From: Macrostomum hystrix
Lineage: Eukaryota > Animalia > Platyhelminthes
Direction: 5' to 3'
DNA: 64,000 bases
Assembly (NCBI GenBank): GCA_950097015.1
Contig: CATNEN010000001.1
Location: 10,664,001 to 10,728,000 of the forward strand
The notes beneath the pieces were generated by a model. It had not been told where the DNA came from and ran no database searches. It saw nothing but the letters and a program-made list of their open reading frames with translations. Every line of letters starts with the position of its first letter. Position 1 is the first letter of the stretch. The translations under genes and the position numbers were made by a program. This document shows positions 1 through 10,064 of this stretch, one piece after another.

Positions 1-3000
1 TCTCATCCCACTGTCTCATCCCACTGTCTCATCCCACTGTCCCATCCCACTCTCTCATCCCACTGTCCCATCCCACTCTCTCATCCCACTCTCTCATCCC
101 ACTCTCTCATCCCACTGTCTCATCCCACTGTCTCATCCCACTGTCTCATCCCACTCTCCTATCCCACTGTCCCATCCCACTCTCTCATCCCACTGTCCCA
201 TCCCACTCTCTCATCCCACTGTCCCATCCCACTGTCCCATCCCACTCTCCTATCCCACTGTCCAATCCCACTCTCTCATCCCACTGTCCCATCCCACTCT
301 CTCATCCCACTGTCCCATCCCACTGTCCCATCCCACTGTCCCATCCCACTGTCACATCCCACTGTCTCATCCCACTGTCCCATCCCACTGTCTCATCCCA
401 CTGTCCCATCCCACTCTCTCATCCAACTGTCCCATCCCACTGTCCCATCCCACTGTCCCATCCCACTGTCACATCCCACTGTCTCATCCCACTGTCCCAT
501 CCCACTCTCTCATCCCACTCTCTCATCCCACTGTCTCATCCCACTCTCCTATCCCACTGTCCCATCCCACTCTCTCATCCCACTGTCCCATCCCACTCTC
601 TCATCCAACTGTCCCATCCCACTGTCCCATCCCACTGTCCCATCCCACTGTCCCATCCCACTGTCACATCCCACTGTCTCATCCCACTGTCCCATCCCAC
701 TGTCTCATCCCACTGTCCCATCCCACTCTCTCATCCAACTGTCCCATCCCACTGTCCCATCCCACTGTCCCATCCCACTGTCCCATCCCACTGTCACATC
801 CCACTGTCTCATCCCACTGTCCCATCCCACTCTCTCATCCCACTCTCTCATCCCACTGTCTCATCCCACTGTCTCATCCCACTGTCTCATCCCACTGTCC
901 CATCCCACTCTCTCATCCCACTGTCCCATCCCACTCTCTCATCCCACTCTCTCATCCCACTCTCTCATCCCACTGTCTCATCCCACTGTCTCATCCCACT
1001 GTCTCATCCCACTCTCCTATCCCACTGTCCCATCCCACTCTCTCATCCCACTGTCCCATCCCACTCTCTCATCCCACTGTCCCATCCCACTGTCCCATCC
1101 CACTCTCCTATCCCACTGTCCCATCCCACTCTCTCATCCCACTGTCCCATCCCACTCTCTCATCCCACTGTCTCATCCCACTGTCCCATCCCACTGTCCC
1201 ATCCCACTGTCCCATCCCACTCTCTCATCCCACTGTCCCATCCCACTCTCTCATCCCACTCTCTCATCCCACTGTCTCATCCCACTGTCTCATCCCACTG
1301 TCTCATCCCACTGTCCCATCCCACTCTCTCATCCCACTGTCCCATCCCACTCTCTCATCCCACTCTCTCATCCCACTCTCTCATCCCACTGTCTCATCCC
1401 ACTGTCTCATCCCACTGTCTCATCCCACTCTCCTATCCCACTGTCCCATCCCACTCTCTCATCCCACTGTCCCATCCCACACTCTCATCCCACTGTCCCA
1501 TCCCACTGTCCCATCCCACTCTCTCATCCCACTGTCCCATCCCACTCTCTCATCCCACTGTCACATCCCACTGTCCCATCCCACTCTCTCATCCCACTGT
1601 CTCATCCCACTGTCCCATCCCACTGTCCCATCCCACTGTCACATCCCACTGTCTCATCCCACTGTCCCATCCCACTCTCTCATCCCACTCTCTCATCCCA
1701 CTGTCTCATCCCACTGTCTCATCCCACTGTCTCATCCCACTGTCCCATCCCACTCTCTCATCCCACTCTCTCATCCCACTGTCCCATCCCACTGTCTCAT
1801 CCCACTGTCCCATCCCACTCTCTCATCCCACTGTCCCATCCCACTGTCTCATCCCACTGTCCCATCCCACTGTCTCATCCCACTCTCTCATCCCACTGTC
1901 TCATCCCACTCTCTCATCCCACTCTCCCATCCCATTGTCCCATCCCACTGTCCCATCCCACTCTCTCATCCCACTGTCCCATCCCACTGTCCCATCCCAC
2001 TCTCTCATCCCACTGTCTCATCCCACTCTCTCATCCCACTGTCTCATCCCACTGTCCAATCCCACTCTCCCATCCCACTGTCCCATCCCACTGTCCCATC
2101 CCACTGTCTCATCCCACTGTCCCATCCCACTCTCTCATCCCACTGTCTCATCCCACTGTCCCATCCCCCTCTCTCATCCCACTCTCTCATCCCACTGTCC
2201 CATCCCACTGTCCCATCCCACTGTCCCATCCCACTGTCCCATCCCACTGTCACATCCCACTGTCTCATCCCACTCTCTCATCCCACTGTCCCATCCCACT
2301 CTCTCATCCCACTGTCTCATCCCACTGTCCCATCCCACTCTCTCATCCCACTGTCTCATCCCACTGTCCCATCCCCCTCTCTCATCCCACTCTCTCATCC
2401 CACTGTCCCATCCCACTCTCTCATCCCACTGTCTCATCCCACTCTCTCACCCCACTCTCTCATCCCACTGTCTCATCCCACTGTCTCATCCCACTGTCCC
2501 ATCCCACTCTCTCATCCCACTGTCCCATCCCACTGTCTCATCCCACTCTCTCACCCCACTCTCTCATCCCACTGTCTCATCCCACTCTCTCACCCCACTC
2601 TCTCATCCCACTGTCTCATCCCACTGTCTCATCCCACTGTCTCATCCCACTCTCTCATCCCACTGTCTCATCCCACTGTCCCATCCCACTCTCTCATCCC
2701 ACTGTCTCATCCCACTCTCTCATCCCACTGTCTCATCCCACTGTCCAATCCCACTCTCCCATCCCACTGTCCCATCCCACTGTCCCATCCCACTGTCTCA
2801 TCCCACTGTCCCATCCCACTCTCTCATCCCACTGTCTCATCCCACTGTCCCATCCCCCTCTCTCATCCCACTCTCTCATCCCACTGTCCCATCCCACTGT
2901 CTCATCCCACTGTCTCATCCCACTGTCTCATCCCACTCTCTCATCCCACTGTCCCATCCCACTCTCTCATCCCACTCTCTCATCCCACTGTCCCATCCCA

Positions 3001-3196
3001 CTCTCTCATCCCACTCTCTCATCCCACTGTCCCATCCCACTGTCCCATCCCACTGTCACATCCCACTGTCTCATCCCACTGTCCCATCCCACTGTCCCAT
3101 CCCACTCTCTCATCCCACTGTCCCATCCCACTGTCCCATCCCACTGTCTCATCCCACTCTCTCATCCCACTCTCTCATCCCACTCTCTAATCCCTC
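1..3196. repeat. 13-bp minisatellite TCYCATCCCACTS (left part, ~246 units)
   Basis: Tandem 13-mers varying mainly at unit positions 3 (T/C) and 13 (G/C); register preserved from position 1 to 3173. Confidence 0.99.
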
Positions 3197-3627
3197 TGTT
3201 GTGACGCAGCCCTCACCTCTGCCCTATCATTTTCATATCTTTCTCATTCCCTGCCCCGCCAGTCGGCTAGCGTGCCCCACCCCAGTCATATGTATCGATC
3301 GCCCAGCCTACCCCTAATTGTTAAATGTACATTTCACCCGTGGGCCGGCGCTTGCGTAAGCCCCGGGCGAAGACTTGTTAATTAAATATATATTGACTCT
3401 GCGAAGAGACCCGAGTCTCAACCGTTCCGCCTGTTCACCCTGCATTGCTCATTAATTAAAACAGCCTTCAATTCAATCCAAGTTCAAGCCTCGCTGGGCC
3501 AGTCGTCGGCCGTAAGTACCCTGCGCTCTCTTTTCTGCCATTCCCTGGGAGACGGGACGGGTGGCACCCGACTGGGACCTGGGCTGTCGCAGCTTCCCCA
3601 AAGGCTGTAGGGCCGTGAGACACAACA
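3197..3627 (+). repeat. 5' LTR of element 1
   Basis: Direct repeat of 9634-10064; TG...CA ends; followed 2 nt later by the PBS. Confidence 0.97.
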
Positions 3628-3629
3628 AC

Positions 3630-3647
3630 TGGTGCCGTGACCAGGAT
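3630..3647 (+). promoter_or_regulatory. Primer binding site, tRNA-His
   Basis: TGGTGCCGTGACCAGGAT is the reverse complement of ATCCTGGTCACGGCACCA, matching the 3' end of animal tRNA-His as recalled. Confidence 0.88.
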
Positions 3648-3717
3648 TTCAGTTGGTGCTACCGGTGATTCAGTTTTTTGACGTCTGGTTGTAGAGTGAG
3701 AGAGAGTGCTGTGCGTC

Positions 3718-4665
3718 ATGGCCGGATTAGACGATCTCATTGGTGCGTTGACAGCGAGAATCCAGGAACAGCTTCATGTGGGTCAGAGAATCCCTCGTCC
3801 GAATAAATATGTTCCCAGTCAAGATTTTGCGCTCTGGCTGCAGCAATTTAATGCGTACTGCGAGGCCACCCAGATCCCCGAGGATCAGAGGAAACAGACT
3901 TTGTTGAGTCTCCTTGACTTCGGCACGGCCTTCAAGGCAGTGGCCAACATGGAGTTGGACGAGGAGTTAGGTTATGACCAGTTCGTTGAACAGCTGGAGG
4001 CTCGGTTTAGTCAAAATCGAGCGGCTCAGGACTATAAGACGGAATTTCAGAGCAGGAATCAGAGAGACGGGGAGGCTCTTGAGGACTACGCTGACGCTCT
4101 GAAGGAGCTAATGCGCAAGGCGTACCCGGCGCTGCCGGTGGAGCAGAGGGACGAGCTGGCGAAAGACCGCTTCCTCAAGGGGATTCGGGTGCCGGACAGG
4201 GTGCTTGAGAACGTGCTGCTGCAGGACCCTGACACGCTACAGGCCGCCATCCAGCGAGTCCGCCAGACTCTGGCTTCGATGAAGCTGCTGGAAGGAAAGC
4301 GGTCAGTTCACGTGGTGAACAACCAGGCTGCCGCGGCGGCTGAAAGTCAGGCAGCCCGCATGGCCGCGGAGATCGCTAGCTTGAAGGCGGAAATCGCGCA
4401 GCTGAAGCAAGGAGGTGCGTCTGCGCAGGCTGGGAGGCCGAGCCCACAGCCACAGTCAGCAGCAGCGCCTCAGTCGGCCAAGAGCTGTGGAAGGTGCCTT
4501 CAGGCTGGACATTCGACAGCGGAGTGCAGGAATCGGGTGGCATGCTACGCCTGTGGCCAGCCGGGTCACACCCGCGCCAGATGCCCGAATCAACAGGCTG
4601 CTCGGCAGCAGGGAAACGGGATGGGGGCCCGGCTAGGCCAGCGTCCCGGGCCCCGATTTCAGTAA
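3718..4665 (+). CDS. gag: Gag of element 1 (capsid plus two CCHC zinc knuckles)
   Basis: ATG at 3718; capsid-like FQSRNQRDGEALEDYADAL; knuckles CGRCLQAGHSTAEC and CYACGQPGHTRARC. Confidence 0.95.
   Translation: MAGLDDLIGALTARIQEQLHVGQRIPRPNKYVPSQDFALWLQQFNAYCEATQIPEDQRKQTLLSLLDFGTAFKAVANMELDEELGYDQFVEQLEARFSQNRAAQDYKTEFQSRNQRDGEALEDYADALKELMRKAYPALPVEQRDELAKDRFLKGIRVPDRVLENVLLQDPDTLQAAIQRVRQTLASMKLLEGKRSVHVVNNQAAAAAESQAARMAAEIASLKAEIAQLKQGGASAQAGRPSPQPQSAAAPQSAKSCGRCLQAGHSTAECRNRVACYACGQPGHTRARCPNQQAARQQGNGMGARLGQRPGPRFQ
4611..4654 (+). promoter_or_regulatory. -1 ribosomal frameshift signal (element 1)
   Basis: G GGA AAC heptamer in gag frame (4611-4617), 6-nt spacer, 9-bp stem GGGGCCCGG (4624-4632)/CCGGGCCCC (4646-4654); pol is in the -1 frame. 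Confidence 0.88.
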
Positions 4666-7600
4666 CTGGAAAAGCGCCAGGGCCCTCGACCCAGACCCAC
4701 AGTGTGCTTGGGAGAGCTGGGCTGGGCTACATCGACGCGAAGTTCGAGTCGGGGCCTCTGGTAGCTTGCTTGTTGGACAGTGGGTCCAACGTATCTTTGC
4801 TTAGCAATCGTTTCTTAGAAGCTGAAAATATTAAAGGTCAATTGCAAAACAGTACATTAGATTTTTCTATTTTTACTGCTAATGGTGAGCCGATCGAAAT
4901 TCAGGGAAACATTCAATTTCATTTTTCAATTGGGGAGACAAATTTCACACACGAGTTCCTGGTTGTCGACGGAATTTCACAGCCTTGCATTCTTGGAACA
5001 GATTTTTTTCTAAAGCATTGCATGATTATTGATTTTGCCAAACACTGCCTGCAGACAGAAACCAGCGTGTATCCTTTTCGCCTGTGCGCTGAGAGGCCGC
5101 TTCTTTGTCGTATTGTACTGTGCCAGAATATCCGGATGAGTATGGGAGAGGAGATGCTGATTCCGGTTCGCCTGCAGAGAAAAGGAGCGAAAGGTTTCCA
5201 GTTTCCAGGAATGGTAGAGCCCTGTCGGCAAGGTGAGCGTGAGCACCTCCTGGCCCGGTCCGTGCAGATGCCGAGTCAGGACGGGCATCTGTCAGTCAGG
5301 ATCATGAACATGTCCGAGTCCAGCCTATCAATGAGAAAGGGGGCGCGCATCGGTTGGTTCTCGCCGATCTCAGCGCAGCAGCCGGCAGAGCTGCAGCTGA
5401 ACACTGTGCAGTCTGAGGAGGATTCGTGGAACCCCCTTAGCGAAGTGAAGGAGTGGGGGTCGTGTGGCCTAACGGAGGGTGAGTCGAGGGAGTTCGTGGA
5501 GCTTGTCGCCAGAAACCGTGATGTGTTTGCCAAAGACAGCTCTGAACTTGGCCTGACGGGCCTCTTGTCCCACGAGATTGACACGGGCAGCGCAAAGCCG
5601 GTAAGTGAGCCGCTGCGTCGGCTACCGCCCCACTGGCGAGAGGAAGTCAACAAACAGGTGGATCAGCTTCTGGCCGAAGGCCGCATATTCCCGTGCCAGT
5701 CACCCTGGTCGAGCCCGGTGGTGCCGGTCAAGAAACCGGATGGCAGCCTCCGAATGTGCTTGGATTACAGGCGGCTGAACAGCGTGACTGTGCCGGATCC
5801 GCTACCTCCGCCCAGGATGGACGAGACGCTGGATGCCTTGGGGGGAAACTGCATATTCTCCACCATGGATCTGGCTTCCGGGTACCATCAGTGCCCGTTG
5901 GATCCAAAAGACCAGTTGAAGACGGCCTTCGTAGTGCCGAATCGGGGACAGTTCGCCTGGAATTGCATGAGCTTCGGGCTCAGGAACGCCCCGTCGACAT
6001 TCACGAGACTCATGTCTATGGCGCTATCCGAGGTGAACTGGAAGGAGTGCCTCGTGTATTTCGACGATATTGTCGTCTTTTCTATAACAGTCCGGCAGCA
6101 CTTTGAGCGCCTCTTGCACGTTTTTCAGTGTCTCCGGGCCGCTAACATTAGGCTAAAGCCCGCGAAATGTGTCTTCCTTGCCGACCGGATCAAGTTCCTA
6201 GGTCACGTGATCTCAAAGGATGGAATTGCCGCGAACCCCGAGAAGTGTGCGGAGATTCAAAACTGGCCAAGGCCTTGCAGTGCTGCGAAGGTCCAATCGT
6301 TCTTGGGATTGTGCGTGTATTACAAAGCCTTTATCCCAAATTTCTCCGAAATGGCCGCTCCGCTGTACCGGCTCACCGCGAGCGGAGCAGAGTTTAAATG
6401 GGGCCAAGATCAGGAAGAATCGTTCAACAACTTGAAGGCTGCCCTGTGTTCGCCTAGAGTGATGGCATTCCCAGATTTCTCGCCCGACGCTGGCGAATTC
6501 ATTCTTGACACGGATGCCAGCTCGAGGATCGGAATCGGCGCCGTGCTGTCACAGCGTCAGGCGGATGGATCTGAGAAGGTCATCGCCTATGGGTCACGGA
6601 TGATCCAGCCCAGTGAAAAGAACTACTGCACCACTCGCCTAGAGTTACTAGCAATCGTGCATTTTGTAAAAAAATACCGTTACTACCTGCTTGGGAGAAA
6701 GTTCATAATCAGGTCTGACCACAAAGCGCTGCAGTGGCTCACGAATCTTCGTGATACAGAGGGCCAGTGTGCTCGCTGGCTGCAGATGCTGCAAAATTAC
6801 GAGTTCACCATAGAACACCGAGCCGGGAAACTCCACGGCAACGCGGACTCTTTGTCTCGCAAATACAGGAAGCATTCCGGGCACGAAACCTGTCCGAGCT
6901 GTACGCTGGCGGACTCTCGTGGCGTTAATACCGTCCTTTGCAGTGGACTGGGCAGGGAGGAAATTCAAACAGCCCAGGAAACTGAGTCCAAACTGGAGGT
7001 AATCCGCAGTTTTGTGCACAATGGTAACTCTGAGCTGAGTGCGCCGCCTGTGATGTCATGGGAGGAAAGATGTCTATGGTCTCAACGCCAGCTGATCAGG
7101 CTGGAGGCGCAGGTCTTGGTCGTCAAGGGACCTGACTCGGAGAAGCCAAAAATTGTCTTGCCGCCGAGTCTGTTCCAGAGGGTCTTCAGTGAATTACATG
7201 ACGGGGTTGCTGGAGGTCATCTTGGAGTGAAGAAGACTCAGGCGAAAGTTAAGAGTAGATTCTGGTGGCCAGGGCTCTCGAGAAAGATCGAGGAGTATTG
7301 CCGGAGCTGCGTGCATTGCGCCAGAGCCAAGCCGGGGAAAGCTGGCAGAGCGCCGCTGCAGCCGATAGTATCGGAAGCTCCATTCCAGCGCATCATGAGT
7401 GACATTGTGGGCCCGTTGCCTCGATCGAAGAATGGCTCCAGGTTTGTGCTGACCATTCAGGACTCATTCACGAAGTGGCCGGTCGCTGTGGCGCTCTCGA
7501 ATCAGCGTGCGAGCACCGTGGCGAAGGCGATTTTTGACAACTGGATCGCCCAGTTCGGCTGCCCAGAATTCCTGATAACCGACAAAGGCACCAACTTCGA

Positions 7601-8513
7601 ATCACTTCTCGTGAAGCAGCTGTGTCAGCTGATGGCAGTGAAAAAGTGCCGAACTACGTCTTATCACCCCATGGCCGATGGCCAGGCGGAAAGCTTTAAC
7701 AAAACGCTAAAAAACATGATTAAGTGCAGGCAGAGCGAGGCTGAGGCGGACTGGGAGGACTTGATTGGCCCCTCGCTTCTGGCCTATCGCAGCAGCGTCC
7801 ATCGTGGCACGGGGTATACCCCATATTACATGCTGTATGCGAAAGAGATGCGCCTTCCGGTCGACATAGGGAACTTGCCTGAAACGCTGCCAGCTAATGC
7901 GCCTGAGTACCTGCTATCTCTGGGTGACAGGCTGGCAGACGCGCACTCGCACGTAAGGCAAAATCTGCAACAATATCAGCGCAAGCAGAAAGTCAACTAC
8001 GACTCCAGGGTTCGAGGTCCGACCATAGATGTTGGGGATATTGTGCTTGAATACTCGCCGGCCCTGCAGCCCAGCGAAGTTGCCAAGTTCCACAAATATT
8101 GGAAAGGCCCGGCTGAGGTCATAGAGAAAATCTCAGATGTCAATTTCAAAATTCGCCACCAGAACAGTCGAAAAACTAGAATAGTCCATTACAACAATCT
8201 TAGAAAAATTCCACAGCGGCCCCCTGAGCTGCAAGCTCCAAAACAGAGACGGCAAAGGCGGATGGCGCGCCAAGTACAGGGTGAAGTAGCTAGAGGGACA
8301 CCTCAGCAGGATGAGTCCGAGTCAGATGACGCCGAGTCTGACTTCGTCTATGTGCCGCCGCCGCCGGGGCACGAAGCACCAGTGCCGCAGAACGAACCCA
8401 TTCAAGGTGCAGCGCCGCCACTGCAGGAGATTCCTGCTCCGCCGTCACCGCGCAGACTCCGGCCTGGAAGGGGAAATCCACCGGTGCGCTACGGCAACCC
8501 TGTGCTGTACTAG
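4611..8513 (+). CDS. pol: Pol of element 1 (protease, RT, RNase H, integrase); open frame from 4494
   Basis: LLDSGSN protease; YFDD RT; ILDTDAS and RSDHKAL RNase H; HHCC then SDIVGP/TDKG/AES integrase; uninterrupted. Confidence 0.97.
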   Translation, partial: GKRDGGPARPASRAPISVTGKAPGPSTQTHSVLGRAGLGYIDAKFESGPLVACLLDSGSNVSLLSNRFLEAENIKGQLQNSTLDFSIFTANGEPIEIQGNIQFHFSIGETNFTHEFLVVDGISQPCILGTDFFLKHCMIIDFAKHCLQTETSVYPFRLCAERPLLCRIVLCQNIRMSMGEEMLIPVRLQRKGAKGFQFPGMVEPCRQGEREHLLARSVQMPSQDGHLSVRIMNMSESSLSMRKGARIGWFSPISAQQPAELQLNTVQSEEDSWNPLSEVKEWGSCGLTEGESREFVELVARNRDVFAKDSSELGLTGLLSHEIDTGSAKPVSEPLRRLPPHWREEVNKQVDQLLAEGRIFPCQSPWSSPVVPVKKPDGSLRMCLDYRRLNSVTVPDPLPPPRMDETLDALGGNCIFSTMDLASGYHQCPLDPKDQLKTAFVVPNRGQFAWNCMSFGLRNAPSTFTRLMSMALSEVNWKECLVYFDDIVVFSITVRQHFERLLHVFQCLRAANIRLKPAKCVFLADRIKFLGHVISKDGIAANPEKCAEIQNWPRPCSAAKVQSFLGLCVYYKAFIPNFSEMAAPLYRLTASGAEFKWGQDQEESFNNLKAALCSPRVMAFPDFSPDAGEFILDTDASSRIGIGAVLSQRQADGSEKVIAYGSRMIQPSEKNYCTTRLELLAIVHFVKKYRYYLLGRKFIIRSDHKALQWLTNLRDTEGQCARWLQMLQNYEFTIEHRAGKLHGNADSLSRKYRKHSGHETCPSCTLADSRGVNTVLCSGLGREEIQTAQETESKLEVIRSFVHNGNSELSAPPVMSWEERCLWSQRQLIRLEAQVLVVKGPDSEKPKIVLPPSLFQRVFSELHDGVAGGHLGVKKTQAKVKSRFWWPGLSRKIEEYCRSCVHCARAKPGKAGRAPLQPIVSEAPFQRIMSDIVGPLPRSKNGSRFVLTIQDSFTKWPVAVALSNQRASTVAKAIFDNWIAQFGCPEFLITDKGTNFESLLVKQLCQLMAVKKCRTTSYHPMADGQAESFNKTLKNMIKCRQSEAEADWEDLIGPSLLAYRSSVHRGTGYTPYYMLYAKEMRLPVDIGNLPETLPANAPEYLLSLGDRLADAHSHVRQNLQQYQRKQKVNYDSRVRGPTIDVGDIVLEYSPALQPSEVAKFHKYWKGPAEVIEKISDVNFKIRHQNSRKTRIVHYNNLRKIPQRPPELQAPKQRRQRRMARQVQGEVARGTPQQDESESDDAESDFVYVPPPPGHEAPVPQNEPIQGAAPPLQEIPAPPSPRRLRPGRGNPPVRYGNPVLY

Positions 8514-9620
8514 CACTGTAATAAATTACACAAAAAACAATAAGGAAAAAAATACAAAAAAAATACATTAAAACTGTCAAAACGCAAGAAAAACTAATAA
8601 AACATCTAAAATCACAAAAACTTCCTTCATTTTAGTATTTATTTACGAGTACATGTACTTGCTTTGCAACTGACACATTTTTACTGTATTACGCGTGCGC
8701 TATTTAGCTACAGTTCTGCGTCCAGTTCGTCTTAGCAGTTAGGGGTACCTGTCCGGGAAGCTGCACTCCCTGGGTTTCATGTTGGGTGTCGCTCGGCCCG
8801 TTTCCCATTGGGGTGGTGGAGGGCCAGGTGGAGGACACCAGAGGCGGAAGACCCGGAAGCAGCAAGATACGGCAGGAGACACCGCTGCGCCACAGCAAAG
8901 CACCACCAACCAGTCAGCGTCAAGTCAGCGAACTGGAGCGACGGAGATGCTACGAAGGCGTCACCTGCAGTCGCTGTGAGCTGAAGAGCGCTTGATGACC
9001 GGTCAACGGCAGTGCGAGCGAGTTCGGCGGTAACCAAGGCAAAATGCGAGAGCGACCATTGGCCTAGCCACGGGAGTCGGCGCGCACGAGTCAGCGAGCT
9101 GGCAGGCGAGTCAGCGGGTCTCGGGGTCGACAGGCTGCCCGGCAGTGAGCGACCCGAGTTCGGCATTCAGCTCGGCTGGGACACTGCTGTGTTTCGAGCC
9201 AGGACTGCGTGAGGCGAGCGACTTTGGCAGAACCGAGGTCGGAGCGAGCCGGTTGGATACCGCGACGTGACGAAGCTGCAGGAACTGTGCTAGCCGAGTA
9301 TCGTGAATACATTACTAGCACGATTATCATTTTTCTAAAAAAACAAACTGACGTTTCAACCCTAAAATATTTTGCGCTCATGTGTCATCTACATATATCA
9401 TGCGATTCGTGTTATTTCTCCTTTCCGTTAATCCTACATGATTGCGTCATCAACATGTTTTTTTTGTCATCCGTTTGAGCGTCTTGTTTTCGTTCACTGC
9501 CCACTGCATTCTTACCCAAGTGCTAATCCGCTTATCATTTTTTTTCTTCATTTGTAATGCCGTTTTTCTTTTCTTCTAATACTCGTAGTCTTTGTTTTCG
9601 TACTTCCCACCGTTTTTTTT

Positions 9621-9633
9621 AAGGAGGGGAGGA
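9621..9633 (+). promoter_or_regulatory. Polypurine tract of element 1
   Basis: AAGGAGGGGAGGA directly before the 3' LTR, preceded by a T run. Confidence 0.93.
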
Positions 9634-10064
9634 TGTTGTGACGCAGCCCTCACCTCTGCCCTATCATTTTCATATCTTTCTCATTCCCTGCCCCGCCAGT
9701 CGGCTAGCGTGCCCCACCCCAGTCATATGTATCGATCGCCCAGCCTACCCCTAATTGTTAAATGTACATTTCACCCGTGGGCCGGCGCTTGCGTAAGCCC
9801 CGGGCGAAGACTTGTTAATTAAATATATATTGACTCTGCGAAGAGACCCGAGTCTCAACCGTTCCGCCTGTTCACCCTGCATTGCTCATTAATTAAAACA
9901 GCCTTCAATTCAATCCAAGTTCAAGCCTCGCTGGGCCAGTCGTCGGCCGTAAGTACCCTGCGCTCTCTTTTCTGCCATTCCCTGGGAGACGGGACGGGTG
10001 GCACCCGACTGGGACCTGGGCTGTCGCAGCTTCCCCAAAGGCTGTAGGGCCGTGAGACACAACA
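9634..10064 (+). repeat. 3' LTR of element 1
   Basis: Direct repeat of 3197-3627, followed by TSD CCTC. Confidence 0.97.

Larger units (their letters stand above)
3197..10064 (+). mobile_element. Full-length Ty3/Gypsy LTR retrotransposon (element 1), recently inserted
   Basis: Two 431-bp LTRs (TGTTGT...ACAACA) with no difference seen by eye; 4-bp TSD CCTC (3193-3196, 10065-10068); PBS, gag, pol in PR-RT-RH-IN order, PPT. Confidence 0.98.
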
